From a bacterium (GTDB lineage Bacteria; Electryoneota; RPQS01; DYHQ01), in contig JAUXGA010000011.1 of the NCBI GenBank assembly GCA_030622545.1, forward strand, positions 18,214 through 82,213: a DNA stretch of 64,000 nt, given 5' to 3'. Both the position numbers and the translations under genes were made by a program. The notes under the pieces are model-generated. The model was not told the origin of the DNA and did not search any database. It saw only the letters and a program-made list of their open reading frames with translations. The first letter of the stretch is position 1; every line of letters begins with the position of its first letter. Shown piece by piece: positions 37,856 through 47,240 of this stretch.

Positions 37856-38362
37856 TTATCCGGCCTCGCCTGCGGGCCGAACACCCTCCGGCTCGGTTTC
37901 CAGCTCTGTAATGAGATGGAAACGCGTCATTTTATTCTTCTGCAAAGCGGCCATTACATCTTCCACCAGCCCGTAATCCGCTTCTTTATCCACCCTCGCG
38001 ATAATACGAACCTTGGGATTATGTAGTCGGTAGTTCGTAATCGTCACCGGCAGTTCGTGCGTCGAGAACTCCTTGCTGGTAATCTGGCCTGTCTCCGTTT
38101 CTGAAATAAACCCGTATTTGACATCCAAATTCGCCGCGCCCGTCGTCAGATAGACCTTGTTCTGCTTGGGAATCGTGATAATAATCACATCCGACTCCGG
38201 CAGCTTAATCTCGGAATGACTGCCCGGAATGCTTACCGTGAATTCTTCAGGTGGCTTAAACTGAGTCGTCGACATGAAGAAGACCAGAAGAAGGAATGCG
38301 ATATCCACCATCGGCGTCATATCGATTTTGATCGCGATGCGTTTCGGTTTTGGAACCGCCAC
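37856..38362 (-). CDS. exbD: Biopolymer transport protein ExbD/TolR, second copy
   Basis: IDMTPMVDIAFLLLVFFMSTT; tandem with previous. Confidence 0.8.
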   Translation of the reverse strand: MAVPKPKRIAIKIDMTPMVDIAFLLLVFFMSTTQFKPPEEFTVSIPGSHSEIKLPESDVIIITIPKQNKVYLTTGAANLDVKYGFISETETGQITSKEFSTHELPVTITNYRLHNPKVRIIARVDKEADYGLVEDVMAALQKNKMTRFHLITELETEPEGVRPAGEAG

Positions 38363-38366
38363 AGCT

Positions 38367-39140
38367 CTACGCCTCCTTTTCCTTCAACAGTTCGACCATC
38401 ACATAGGATGCTTCATCAATACTATAGTTGAACTGGTCCACTTTGTTGACAAAAAAGTTATAAGCAATAATTGCGAGAACCGCCGCCGCAAGTCCGCCGG
38501 CCGTGTTGACGAGCGCTTCAGAAATTCCCATCGCAAGCGCAATTGCGTCAGGGGCCCCTTGCTGCGCCATCGCACCAAAGGCACGGATCATCCCGATGGT
38601 CGTTCCTAATAGCCCGACCATGGTCGCCACGGATGCAATGGTCGAAAGAGCAATCAGGTTGCGCTCGAGAATGGGAATCTCAATCAGACGCGCTTCATCA
38701 ATCGCGCGCTGGGTTTCCGACAGTCTCTTCTCCGGCGAAATCTCCTTCGCATCGACCAATCGCCGGTACTGGTCAATTCCGGATTTCAGCACCGCCGCCG
38801 CTGACCCTCGCTGCTTATCGCAAAGCTTCGACGCATCTTCGAGACGTCCTTCACGAATAGCTTTACTGAACTCGGCGAAATAGAGTTGAATCACCCGCGT
38901 CCCTCGAGCCTTGCGTAATGTCAAGAAGCGTTCGAAGATATACGCAATAACCATGATAAGCATCATCAGGAGTGTAGCCACTAACGGCCCTGCTTGCCGA
39001 ATCTGGTGAAGAATCGGAGTCAATGGACGTCCTGTCGTGGGATCCATCTTATCCATCGCGGGAACCAAGTAGAAAATAATACCGACGGATATCACCAGAG
39101 CGACGACAAGAACGATCATGGTAAAAGCACCTTGTTTCAT
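38367..39140 (-). CDS. exbB: MotA/TolQ/ExbB proton-channel protein
   Basis: Three TM helices, conserved LGLLGTTIGMIRAF and ALVNTAGGLAAAVLAII segments. Confidence 0.85.
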   Translation of the reverse strand: MKQGAFTMIVLVVALVISVGIIFYLVPAMDKMDPTTGRPLTPILHQIRQAGPLVATLLMMLIMVIAYIFERFLTLRKARGTRVIQLYFAEFSKAIREGRLEDASKLCDKQRGSAAAVLKSGIDQYRRLVDAKEISPEKRLSETQRAIDEARLIEIPILERNLIALSTIASVATMVGLLGTTIGMIRAFGAMAQQGAPDAIALAMGISEALVNTAGGLAAAVLAIIAYNFFVNKVDQFNYSIDEASYVMVELLKEKEA

Positions 39141-39194
39141 TCTCAGAACCTCTTAAAAATAGACCACAGATTTATTCGAATTAATTGATTTCTT

Positions 39195-39371
39195 TTACAA
39201 AACAGAACGCGGAAATTCCATATTATAGAGTTCTGTTACTTCCTTAAGATTGGCAACAGCTTCTTCCACGGTGTGTCCCTGACTCACGGTTCCTGTCTTA
39301 GGACACTCAGCGACGTACAGATCATCTTCTTTGTGCAAAACCGCCGTATATGTCTGACTGTTCGTTTTCAA
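39195..39371 (-). CDS. HicB-like antitoxin-family small protein (RNase-H-fold HicB N-domain only), second copy
   Basis: Not in ORF track (TTG start with GGGAG 9 nt upstream): LKTNSQTYTAVLHKEDDLYVAECPKTGTVSQGHTVEEAVANLKEVTELYNMEFPRSVL matches HicB_lk_antitox pattern (YxAxxxxEDGxYVAExPExPGxxSQGxTxEEAxxNxKEAxELY). Confidence 0.5.
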   Translation of the reverse strand: MKTNSQTYTAVLHKEDDLYVAECPKTGTVSQGHTVEEAVANLKEVTELYNMEFPRSVL

Positions 39372-39401
39372 CGCGGGTACTCCCTATCCCCAAATCCGTA
39401 T

Positions 39402-39641
39402 CTATATTTTGCCGTACGCTTCCAAAAATTCTTCTCTCGAAATTCCAGATTGGGTACAGATTGTTCGCAAAGTTGAGGCTTTTATCTTTGGCTTATTTGG
39501 CATCGTCAGCGGTATTTTGGTTCCATCGCGATTATCTCGCACCATAGAAATATGCTCTTTCTCGCGCACAATTCGGAATCCCAGAATCTCGAGTGTTTTA
39601 ATGACTTTCGGCTTGGGAGCATCAACTGGAAATTTTGTCAT
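39402..39641 (-). CDS. hicA: HicA-family mRNA-interferase toxin (YcfA-like)
   Basis: 79 aa; PKVIKTLEILGFRIVREKEHISMVRDNRDGTKIPLTMPNKPKIKASTLRTICTQSGISREEF fits HicA (k.ikaLek.Gf..vRqkGSH..l.......tvPvH..kel..gtLr.Ilkqagl); start overlaps hicB stop (ATGA). Confidence 0.7.
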   Translation of the reverse strand: MTKFPVDAPKPKVIKTLEILGFRIVREKEHISMVRDNRDGTKIPLTMPNKPKIKASTLRTICTQSGISREEFLEAYGKI

Positions 39642-39868
39642 TGGACTTGTACGCCTACTTCAGCGACAAAGGCTTCAATGACCGAAGGTTCACCTTCTAA
39701 GACTTCTTCTCCAAAGGATTCAATATGGAACCGAATTGCCGACTTTACATCAGATAGGGCTTCTTCATGGGTTTCGCCTTGACCGACAACGACACCTTTC
39801 AAACCTAAAGGATAGGCGACATACCCATCCGGATGTTTCTCGACAATTATTTTAATTAACTTTTGCAT
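39638..39868 (-). CDS. hicB: HicB-family antitoxin (UPF0150 / HicB_lk_antitox)
   Basis: 76 aa; KIIVEKHPDGYVAYPLGLKGVVVGQGETHEEALSDVKSAIRFHIESF matches HicB N-domain pattern; 4-nt overlap with hicA. Confidence 0.7.
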   Translation of the reverse strand: MQKLIKIIVEKHPDGYVAYPLGLKGVVVGQGETHEEALSDVKSAIRFHIESFGEEVLEGEPSVIEAFVAEVGVQVQ

Positions 39869-39883
39869 TCGAATTCCTGCTCC

Positions 39884-41671
39884 CTATCCCCCAATCCGCT
39901 TCTTGTAATCCTTGACTGCTTCGAATGTTTCTTTCAGGTCTTTGTCGCCGGGATTGAAACGAAGCGCTTTCGCGAAACCGTTTTCGGCGGCGCGAAGATA
40001 GCTGCCGCCCTTTTCAAGCAGCTCATCGCCGGGAATCAATCCATCGTGGGAATCGCGAATCTGCCCACGGATATTCAAGAAATGCGACCAATTGGCATAG
40101 CCGTATAGGCTCCAGAAATCCCCGCGCTCGGGGCAATAGTTCACCGCTTGTCTCAAATTCCGAATGGCGGGCACATATTGCTCGCGGTTGAAATAAATCA
40201 ATCCCATTTGGCCGTACGCTTCGCAATTGGCTGAATCCAGACGAGTAATTTCCTGATAGACTTTAATCGCCGCACTCGTGGAATCCTTCGAAGCCAAAAT
40301 CGAAGCCAGATACGAACGCGCCGCCACATTCGTCGAGTCACAAGCGGCTCCCTGACGCAATGATGCAACCGCTTCCACCCACTTCTGCAAACGCCCGTAG
40401 CTGTAACCCATCGTAATCATAGCTCCGCACCTATTGGGCTGCAGCTCGAGTGTTTTTTTATAGAAAACAATCGCCGAATCCAATTCATCAAGATTGTAAT
40501 AAACCGTCGCCACCCGGTAAGTCAAACGCGGCTGTTCAGGCATGACACTCAGTGATTTCTTATAGAAAACCGCCGCGGAATCGTAATGAAGCATCTTTTG
40601 CTCTTTTACCGTGTCACGCGCCCCCAGAGCATAGTTAGCATCGCCCGCCAGTTCCAATAACTCTGCATCCGTCGTCGTATCGGTCAACACCGTACGCAAA
40701 AAGCCGATTTCTTCGCTGTATTTCCGTTCATCTTTCAGCGTCTTCGTCAGTAAAAGTATGACATCCCGGCGCTGCGGTCTGAGCTTGTGCGCACTGCGCA
40801 GAGAAGCCTCTGCGTTTTCAAGCTGGACAAGATTGCGATAGGATTGTCCGAGCAAATAGTTCGAATAGAAATGCTCCGGGCGATCTCCGACAGCCCCCTG
40901 CAAATACGTTAAACCATCCGCATAGCGACCCGCCGCGAAATAAAGCCGGCCGATTTGGTAATTCACCTCGATATTCGTCGGATCCGCGTCGAGCACTTTT
41001 TTAAACTCACCGAGCCCCTCATCAAACTGTTTATTCTTGATGAGTGTCTGCGCCAGTTCAAAACGAAGTTGAGCATCGGTGGGAGCAAGCTCGACGGCAT
41101 GGCGGAAATGATCAATCGCCAATTCGTAGATATTCTTGTCGCGGTACAGTCGGGCCAATAAAATGGGATACAAGGCGTTCTTTGGATTCTTCGCCGCCGC
41201 CTGCGCAAGGATTCTCGTCGCTTCGGGGATTTGACTCTGCGACGCTAAGACGCGCGCGCGGCACGCTTTAATCTCCCAAGAGCGCCCTTTCCGATCCTTC
41301 GCTTCAGCGGCTGCAACATACTGATCAGCCGCGTCAATTTCTCCTCGCATCAGAAGCACATCGACCAGAGGAACCAAACTCCCTGTATCGCGCGGCTTCA
41401 TAGACAGCACACTCTTGAGATGTTCAATCGCTTCGGTGGTATCTCCGACCACAATCAGCGCCTGCCCAAGAAGCCGATGCGCATCAAGAGATTTCTCGTC
41501 CCGGCTGAGGACAGCTTGAGCTTTCTCGACGACCGTTTCCCATTTCTGGGATTCCGCCGCCTTTTTCATCGCTTCAATGTCCGGGTCCTTGGCCGCAAAT
41601 CCGTCCTCGGGCATCAGCACGACCAGCATTAAGAGCGCGATTAACAAACCGCAGAAAGAGGTAGTTTTCAT
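39884..41671 (-). CDS. Secreted tetratricopeptide-repeat (TPR) protein
   Basis: Signal peptide MKTTSFCGLLIALLMLVVLMP; >10 TPR-like 34-aa repeats (W/LG..Y....Y..A...F..A..L.P.N); ORF-track start 41746 likely over-extended. Confidence 0.75.
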   Translation of the reverse strand: MKTTSFCGLLIALLMLVVLMPEDGFAAKDPDIEAMKKAAESQKWETVVEKAQAVLSRDEKSLDAHRLLGQALIVVGDTTEAIEHLKSVLSMKPRDTGSLVPLVDVLLMRGEIDAADQYVAAAEAKDRKGRSWEIKACRARVLASQSQIPEATRILAQAAAKNPKNALYPILLARLYRDKNIYELAIDHFRHAVELAPTDAQLRFELAQTLIKNKQFDEGLGEFKKVLDADPTNIEVNYQIGRLYFAAGRYADGLTYLQGAVGDRPEHFYSNYLLGQSYRNLVQLENAEASLRSAHKLRPQRRDVILLLTKTLKDERKYSEEIGFLRTVLTDTTTDAELLELAGDANYALGARDTVKEQKMLHYDSAAVFYKKSLSVMPEQPRLTYRVATVYYNLDELDSAIVFYKKTLELQPNRCGAMITMGYSYGRLQKWVEAVASLRQGAACDSTNVAARSYLASILASKDSTSAAIKVYQEITRLDSANCEAYGQMGLIYFNREQYVPAIRNLRQAVNYCPERGDFWSLYGYANWSHFLNIRGQIRDSHDGLIPGDELLEKGGSYLRAAENGFAKALRFNPGDKDLKETFEAVKDYKKRIGG

Positions 41672-41925
41672 AGACGAATTCTGAATTGATTTACGCTTTA
41701 CAACAACAAATCTACTTAAGTGTGTAATATACCTATCTGTTCTCAAAATCGCAAGTGAAATTTTACACTCAAATCCTCTTTTCGCTATGTATCACCTATA
41801 ATGCCTCCCCATAGATTTATAATTTGTATTTCCATAATTATCAATATCTTATACCTAATTTTTCATATTTCAGACAGAATCCTTGACGCGACCTCCGCAA
41901 CTTCTGTTAGCTGGCGTTTGATGTC

Positions 41926-42019
41926 GGGCAGGCAGAGTTAGACCGTAGGATGGAAGCAAAGACCTAACAGGAATCTTGGGTGAAACTTAACAAAATTCCA
42001 AAGGCTGGCTCTGCCTGCC
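41926..42019. repeat. Palindromic repeat family E, long variant (GGCAGGCAGAG ... CTCTGCCTGCC termini)
   Basis: Shares GGCAGGCAGAG / GGCTGGCTCTGCC termini and internal TAGGAT segment with 14027-14084. Confidence 0.5.
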
Positions 42020-42113
42020 TTACCTTCTCAAGAGAACTCTACATCCAAAGCAAGAAAAAAGCGCGCGAACAGCTCTGTCCGCGCGCCTTTGATATTATCG
42101 TTTGACTCGAATA

Positions 42114-43712
42114 TCAGTCGGATAGTTGTCCTGAACCTAACTCAGCGATTTCTTCGGCGCGGTCGAACAGGGTGCGCGCCGCCGCAATCTGATTATCTCC
42201 TTGCACCTGAACTGCATAGTAGTACTGGCGCCGATTAAACAATGTGCTTGCAATTTCGCCGCGCAGGGTGGTGCGGATAAAATTATCATCGGTCTTCCAC
42301 GCCACCGTGTCCAGTTCAAATTCTTTGGATACGATGAGCTCCCGGAAATCGTTCATCATATCATCCGTAACCTGAAATCCTTTCGAGAATTCCCGGAAAT
42401 TCTCGCCCAATTCCGAATGCTTCAGCGCGAAATCCGACGCATATTCGAAAAAGAGTCTCTTAGACATCAAGCGAAACGTCTGTGCTTCCGCTCTTGCCGG
42501 CACAATAATCGTATCCGGTCGAATGCCGCCTCCGCCATAAACGACGCGTCCTCCCGCGGTATGAAACACTTCGCGCTTCGTCGTATCGATTTCACTGATA
42601 TCTTCATCCTGCCGTCCCTCTTTGATGTAATCCACCAGGCCCTTATCGTAAGGCCGCTGGATAAGCCTGCCGGACGGCGTGTAATAGCGAGCGGTCGTGA
42701 TGCGAACCACCGATTTATCGGGAAGATTAAACGGCGTCTGTACAAGTCCTTTCCCGAAACTGGTTTGTCCTGCAATCAAACCCCGGTCTAAATCCTGAAT
42801 CGCTCCAGCGACAATCTCAGAGGCCGATGCGCTGCCATGACTGATAAGGACAATCAAAGGAAAGTCATATTTTTTCCCGCGGCCTGTCGATGTAAACGTC
42901 TTATTGCTTTTGGCAACGCGGCCTTTGGTGTAAACGATTGTCTTGCCTTCTTCGGCAATAAAGAGATTCGCTACCCGCCACGCCTGATCCAGATACCCTC
43001 CCGGATTGCCGCGCAGATCCAAAATGAGCTGTTCCATCCCCAGTGTTTGAAGGCTGTCGATAGACTCTACAACTTCATCCACTGTCACAGCCGTAAACTG
43101 CGTGATTTTGACATAGCCGGTCTCATCATCGTCCAACAGAAGCGCGGCCGAAACCGAATGAATCGGAATCTTGTCCCGCGTGATGGTGAAATCCATCGGA
43201 TCCGGAATGCCTTGGCGCGAAATCGTCACCGTCACCTGTGTCCCCTTCGGTCCGCGAAGTTTCTCGAACACTTCTTCGTTCGTAATGCCGTACGCCGATA
43301 TATCTTCAATCCGGATAATCCTGTCTCCCGCTCGAATGCCCAAACGGTCTGCGGGGGTGCCCGGAATGGGCGATACGACGGTCAGTACTTTATTCTGAAT
43401 CACGAACTGGATGCCGATGCCTTCAAATTCACCGTGAAACCGTTCACTGATTCGCTTCTGTGCGTCCGCGGGAATATAAGCCGAGTGAGGATCCAGAGTT
43501 TCGAGCAAACCGCGAATCGCTCCGTCGAAAACCTTACTCATATCCGGCTCTTCCACATAAACATCGCGTATCACGCGCAAGACGAAGCTCAGTTTGCCTA
43601 ATTGCTGATTGATATTCTTGGCATCCGCCCAAAGGGTAGGCCCCCAGAGAGCACTTAGCCCTATCAACACAATGAGTATTCCCGTTATCACTGTCCAATG
43701 TTTCCGTTTCAC
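42114..43712 (-). CDS. ctpA: Carboxyl-terminal processing protease (S41 family, PDZ domain)
   Basis: N-terminal TM anchor; PDZ (SPIPGTPADRLGIRAGDRIIRI); catalytic IVLISHGSASASEIVAGAIQD (Ser) and GKGLVQT (Lys) motifs. Confidence 0.85.
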   Translation of the reverse strand: MKRKHWTVITGILIVLIGLSALWGPTLWADAKNINQQLGKLSFVLRVIRDVYVEEPDMSKVFDGAIRGLLETLDPHSAYIPADAQKRISERFHGEFEGIGIQFVIQNKVLTVVSPIPGTPADRLGIRAGDRIIRIEDISAYGITNEEVFEKLRGPKGTQVTVTISRQGIPDPMDFTITRDKIPIHSVSAALLLDDDETGYVKITQFTAVTVDEVVESIDSLQTLGMEQLILDLRGNPGGYLDQAWRVANLFIAEEGKTIVYTKGRVAKSNKTFTSTGRGKKYDFPLIVLISHGSASASEIVAGAIQDLDRGLIAGQTSFGKGLVQTPFNLPDKSVVRITTARYYTPSGRLIQRPYDKGLVDYIKEGRQDEDISEIDTTKREVFHTAGGRVVYGGGGIRPDTIIVPARAEAQTFRLMSKRLFFEYASDFALKHSELGENFREFSKGFQVTDDMMNDFRELIVSKEFELDTVAWKTDDNFIRTTLRGEIASTLFNRRQYYYAVQVQGDNQIAAARTLFDRAEEIAELGSGQLSD

Positions 43713-45040
43713 GTTTGTCTCTCCTTCTTAACCGTCAATTCATAGTGGCGGCGCAACAGCTCTTCCTCAGGCTTCGAAAGCTCTTCGCCTCGGCGAGCCA
43801 TAGCCGCTCGCGCCGTTTCAATCGTGCGGCTCAGCGGTACCGGCAGCAACCGTTCGGCTCCCCCCCAGTGAAACGAGGGAACAAACCGCCGCGGGAATCC
43901 CGCTCCATAGACATTGCAGCCTACTCCCACCACTGTTCCCGTGTTCAGCATCGTATTGATGCCGGTCTTGGTGTGATCTCCAAGAAAGCAACCGACGTGC
44001 AAAGAATCCGTATCTTTTAGTTTACCGGCGACTTCGACTTGAACTGGAGTGTAATTATTTTTCAAATCGGAGTTGTTCGTCCCAGCGCCGATGTTCACCC
44101 ACATTCCCAAGTGAGCATGTCCCAAAAAACCATCGTGCTGTTTGTTCGAATAGCCCTGAAAAATTGTCTGGGTTATTTCGCCCCCCAATTTGCAGACCGG
44201 CCCGAATGAAGAACCGCCGTAAAGCTTTGCTCCCGCATTGACAACGCAATCGCGCCCGATATAAAGCGGCCCTTCCAAATAGCTGTGCGGCAGAACTTCC
44301 GTTCCCGCGTCAATGAAAATCGCGCCCTTATGATTTCCCAAGACGACGCCCGGATGGAGTTTCACCCCCGCTCCTATATAGACTGCCGCTCCCCCCCTGC
44401 GGTTGCAAACCTCCACGCCGGGCCCCGGATCCCGCAACAAATGAGCACTAAAAAGTTCGTCTTCTGAAGCCTGAAGCTGGGCTTTAAGCAGTTCAGGATT
44501 GGCGAGCATCAAATCCCAGACATGGCGGACAACGTGGCAGCGCCATCCTTTCGGCAGAGGCGCCGCATCACCCTCTTGAACGAGGAGCTCGGCGATGTGG
44601 TTTCCGTTTTGCGTCAGAAGTTCCCGAGCTTGGGCGGCGGAGCGCCGTGCAAACAGGAGGTTACCTTCCTCATCGCAGACTGTATCCGGCAGTGCGTCTG
44701 CGTCTCCTTCCGGTCGGAGTTCAAACACGCGCCCGCTTAGAAAAATGACCGATTCATCCGTAACCGGTTCCTCGTCCTGTTCGAGCGATGCGTACAAATC
44801 CCGCAGATGTGTTCGAGGTTGCAGCAGCGGCGGTTTTCCCGAAGCGCGCTGAACATGCTCCCGGATGCTCGCCGTACCCGCCAGCAAATCCCACACCGGC
44901 CGGAGTACGGTCAAAGGAAACAGATCCGTTTCCACGGCGTCATCTTCAAACAGACAGACCACAGCTCCTTCGAAGAGCTTGGGATGAAAAAGATAATCAC
45001 TATGTTCTGACAAAATACTTCCCCGGTAATTGTCTGACAA
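43709..45040 (-). CDS. Left-handed beta-helix (hexapeptide-repeat) protein, putative sugar-nucleotidyltransferase/acyltransferase-like
   Basis: C-terminal imperfect hexapeptide repeats (IGAGVKLHPGVVLGN..., IGRDCVVNAGAKL..., VNIGAGTNNSDLKNNY...); N-terminal ~200 aa of unknown function; no classic GxGxRL motif seen. Confidence 0.5.
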   Translation of the reverse strand: MSDNYRGSILSEHSDYLFHPKLFEGAVVCLFEDDAVETDLFPLTVLRPVWDLLAGTASIREHVQRASGKPPLLQPRTHLRDLYASLEQDEEPVTDESVIFLSGRVFELRPEGDADALPDTVCDEEGNLLFARRSAAQARELLTQNGNHIAELLVQEGDAAPLPKGWRCHVVRHVWDLMLANPELLKAQLQASEDELFSAHLLRDPGPGVEVCNRRGGAAVYIGAGVKLHPGVVLGNHKGAIFIDAGTEVLPHSYLEGPLYIGRDCVVNAGAKLYGGSSFGPVCKLGGEITQTIFQGYSNKQHDGFLGHAHLGMWVNIGAGTNNSDLKNNYTPVQVEVAGKLKDTDSLHVGCFLGDHTKTGINTMLNTGTVVGVGCNVYGAGFPRRFVPSFHWGGAERLLPVPLSRTIETARAAMARRGEELSKPEEELLRRHYELTVKKERQT

Positions 45041-46100
45041 TGCCTTTTAATTCCATCAGCAATAATGTTCCCAGAACTTCCGCAATCGAAACATGAAGTG
45101 CCTCCGAAATCACATCCACATGTACGCCATCGTCACTCGACAACAAGTGACAGATTTGCGCTTCTTCTTTCGGCAGTTCCGGTTCGATAAGTTCCGCCTG
45201 CGCGGGTGTGGATTCGGGAGTCTTGCGCGCGACTTTCAATATTTTCACAATCTGAGCGCTGTTCTCGATGAGCGACGCACCGTCGCGCAGCAATGCGTGG
45301 CAACCCTTCGACTTTGTATTATGCACCGACCCGGGAATCGCCATCACTTCGCGTCCTAAATCAGCGGCGATGAGAGCCGTGATGAGCGCGCCGGAACGTT
45401 CTCCCGCTTCGACGACAAGCGTTCCATGCGACAGTCCTGCGATGATGCGGTTGCGGCGAGGAAAATTCCCGCGCATGGGTCTTGTTCCGAACGGGAATTC
45501 CGAAACAAATGCTCCTCCGCTTTCCAAAAGCTTCCGACCGAGTTCAAAGTTCGTGGGCGGATAAATTCGTTCGACGCCGCAGCCGAAGACCGCCAGCGTC
45601 AGCAATCCTGTATCGAGCGCTGCGCTGTGAGCGAGTCCATCAATTCCGGAAGCCAAACCGGAGACAATCGTTAAACCTGACCCGGCGAGCCCGGAAACGA
45701 TATCTCTGACGACCTTTTCGCCGTAGGGACTGAAACGCCGCGTGCCGACAATGGAAAGCGCATCCGTTTGCAGCAGCTCCGCATTGCCCCGCACATAAAG
45801 AATCGCCGGAGGATCATATTCGATTTCTCGCAGGCGCGGCGGATAATCGTCGTCCCAGAGCGTCATCACTTTGACATGATACTTGTCAATCATTTTCAGT
45901 TGATGTGCCACGACATTGGCGTCGCCGCCCTGACGAATCCGGGCCGCTTTCTGCGGACTGATTCCTTTCACCGCCCCTAATTCCGCGGGCGACGCCTGAA
46001 AAACTTCTTCAGGCGAGCCGAAATGATTGACCAGGCGAATCAGCGTAATGTTCCCAATATCATCGATATGAGTTAGCCGCAGGAGCGCCTCAAGTGCCAT
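45000..46100 (-). CDS. dprA: DNA processing protein A (DprA/Smf), Rossmann-fold recombination mediator
   Basis: SIVGTRRFSPYGEKV..., SGLASGIDGLAHSAAL, GTLVVEAGERSGALITA are conserved DprA motifs; C-terminal winged-helix-like tail. Confidence 0.8.
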   Translation of the reverse strand: MALEALLRLTHIDDIGNITLIRLVNHFGSPEEVFQASPAELGAVKGISPQKAARIRQGGDANVVAHQLKMIDKYHVKVMTLWDDDYPPRLREIEYDPPAILYVRGNAELLQTDALSIVGTRRFSPYGEKVVRDIVSGLAGSGLTIVSGLASGIDGLAHSAALDTGLLTLAVFGCGVERIYPPTNFELGRKLLESGGAFVSEFPFGTRPMRGNFPRRNRIIAGLSHGTLVVEAGERSGALITALIAADLGREVMAIPGSVHNTKSKGCHALLRDGASLIENSAQIVKILKVARKTPESTPAQAELIEPELPKEEAQICHLLSSDDGVHVDVISEALHVSIAEVLGTLLLMELKGIVRQLPGKYFVRT

Positions 46101-47097
46101 GAATTTCCTCCGGATGGACAGGGTTGACTGAATTCGGCATCGGCGCTTTTAACAGCATTTCCCAGAGCTTTTTTACGAGTTCGTCAAGCCCTTGGTTTGT
46201 GGCGGAGGAAATCTGCATCGTCCAAGTACCCTCGGGAGCAGCTCCCTCAAGAAGATCGCATTTGCTGAGCACAACAAGCGCCGGACGTTTGCTCAAGTCC
46301 GACTTCCATGCTCGCAGCTCTTTTTTCAGAACGTGCAAATCTTCCAACGGATGAGGCGATGTCACATCAATCAAGAAGAGCAGCACGCGCGTTCGGTCAA
46401 CATGACGAAGAAAATCATGTCCCAGTCCTTTGCCGCTGCTGGCTCCCTCGATGAGTCCCGGCAAATCGGCCAGTACGAAATTCTCGTAGTCGCTTGCCCG
46501 AACAACGCCAAGATTGGGAATCAGAGTTGTGAACGGATAGGGAGCAATTTTTGGCCGGGCAGTGGTCAACATCGAAAGTAGCGTGGACTTCCCCGCATTC
46601 GGCAAACCTACGAGACCTACATCGGCGAGAAGTTTCAATTCAAGCTGGAGCGTCCGCTCTACGCCCGGTTTTCCGGGTTCGGCATATCGCGGAGCCTGAT
46701 TCGTACTTGTGGCAAATACGGCATTCCCCCGTCCCCCTCGTCCGCCGCGAGCAATGCATATGCTTTCGTCCGGCTTCACCAGATCCGCGATTTGAGTCTC
46801 TCCTTCAAAGACTTGCGTCCCGCACGGCACTCGAATTTCTAAATCCGCCCCGCGCCGCCCGGACTTTTGAGAGCCTTCACCGGGTCGTCCGTTTTCACTC
46901 TGGTAGTGTTTCTTATAATGAAAATCAAGCAGTGTCGAAAGATGGGTATCGGCTTTCAGAAAAATATGTCCGCCGCGACCGCCGTTCCCGCCGTCAGGTC
47001 CTCCCTTCGGGATAAACGCCTGCCGTCGGAAAGAAATACATCCCTTTCCCCCATCCCCCGCCTTGATGGTAATCACAGCCTGATCAACAAAATTCAT
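46090..47097 (-). CDS. obg: GTPase Obg/CgtA
   Basis: MNFVDQAVITIKAGDGGKGCISFRR (Obg fold Gly-rich), GLVGLPNAGKSTLL (G1), DLPGLIEGA (G3), SKCDL (G4); ORF-track N-terminal extension (to 47169) is translation of a REP and is rejected. Confidence 0.85.
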   Translation of the reverse strand: MNFVDQAVITIKAGDGGKGCISFRRQAFIPKGGPDGGNGGRGGHIFLKADTHLSTLLDFHYKKHYQSENGRPGEGSQKSGRRGADLEIRVPCGTQVFEGETQIADLVKPDESICIARGGRGGRGNAVFATSTNQAPRYAEPGKPGVERTLQLELKLLADVGLVGLPNAGKSTLLSMLTTARPKIAPYPFTTLIPNLGVVRASDYENFVLADLPGLIEGASSGKGLGHDFLRHVDRTRVLLFLIDVTSPHPLEDLHVLKKELRAWKSDLSKRPALVVLSKCDLLEGAAPEGTWTMQISSATNQGLDELVKKLWEMLLKAPMPNSVNPVHPEEIHGT

Positions 47098-47112
47098 GAA
47101 GCCTTCTCGCCG

Positions 47113-47240
47113 TAGGGGCCGACCCAAGTGTCTGCCCGCCGATACTTGGGCTTGAACGCGGGCGCACACGTGGGTACGCCCCTACAACTGGATTCTGCCA
47201 CGACAATTCATAACGGGCGCACACGCGGGTACGCCCCTAC
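47113..47240 (-). repeat. Cluster of three REP sequences (GTAG-type; GTAGGGGCGTACCCRCGTGTGCGCCC) 3' of RAYT gene
   Basis: Copies at 47113-47139 (degenerate), 47160-47185 and 47215-47240, all in the same (minus) orientation; each begins with the GTAG tetranucleotide characteristic of REPs and can fold as GGGCGYAC/GTGYGCGCCC hairpin. Confidence 0.75.

Noticed and set aside
42837-43601. 254-aa plus-strand ORF (and 42201..42791)
   Set aside because: Antisense to the S41 C-terminal processing protease gene.
47098-47169. N-terminal 24-codon extension of obg in the ORF track (MCARVQAQVSAGRHLGRPLRREGF)
   Set aside because: It is the translation of REP copies; the Obg fold begins at MNFVDQAVITIKAGDGG, which has its own RBS (GAGAAGG).
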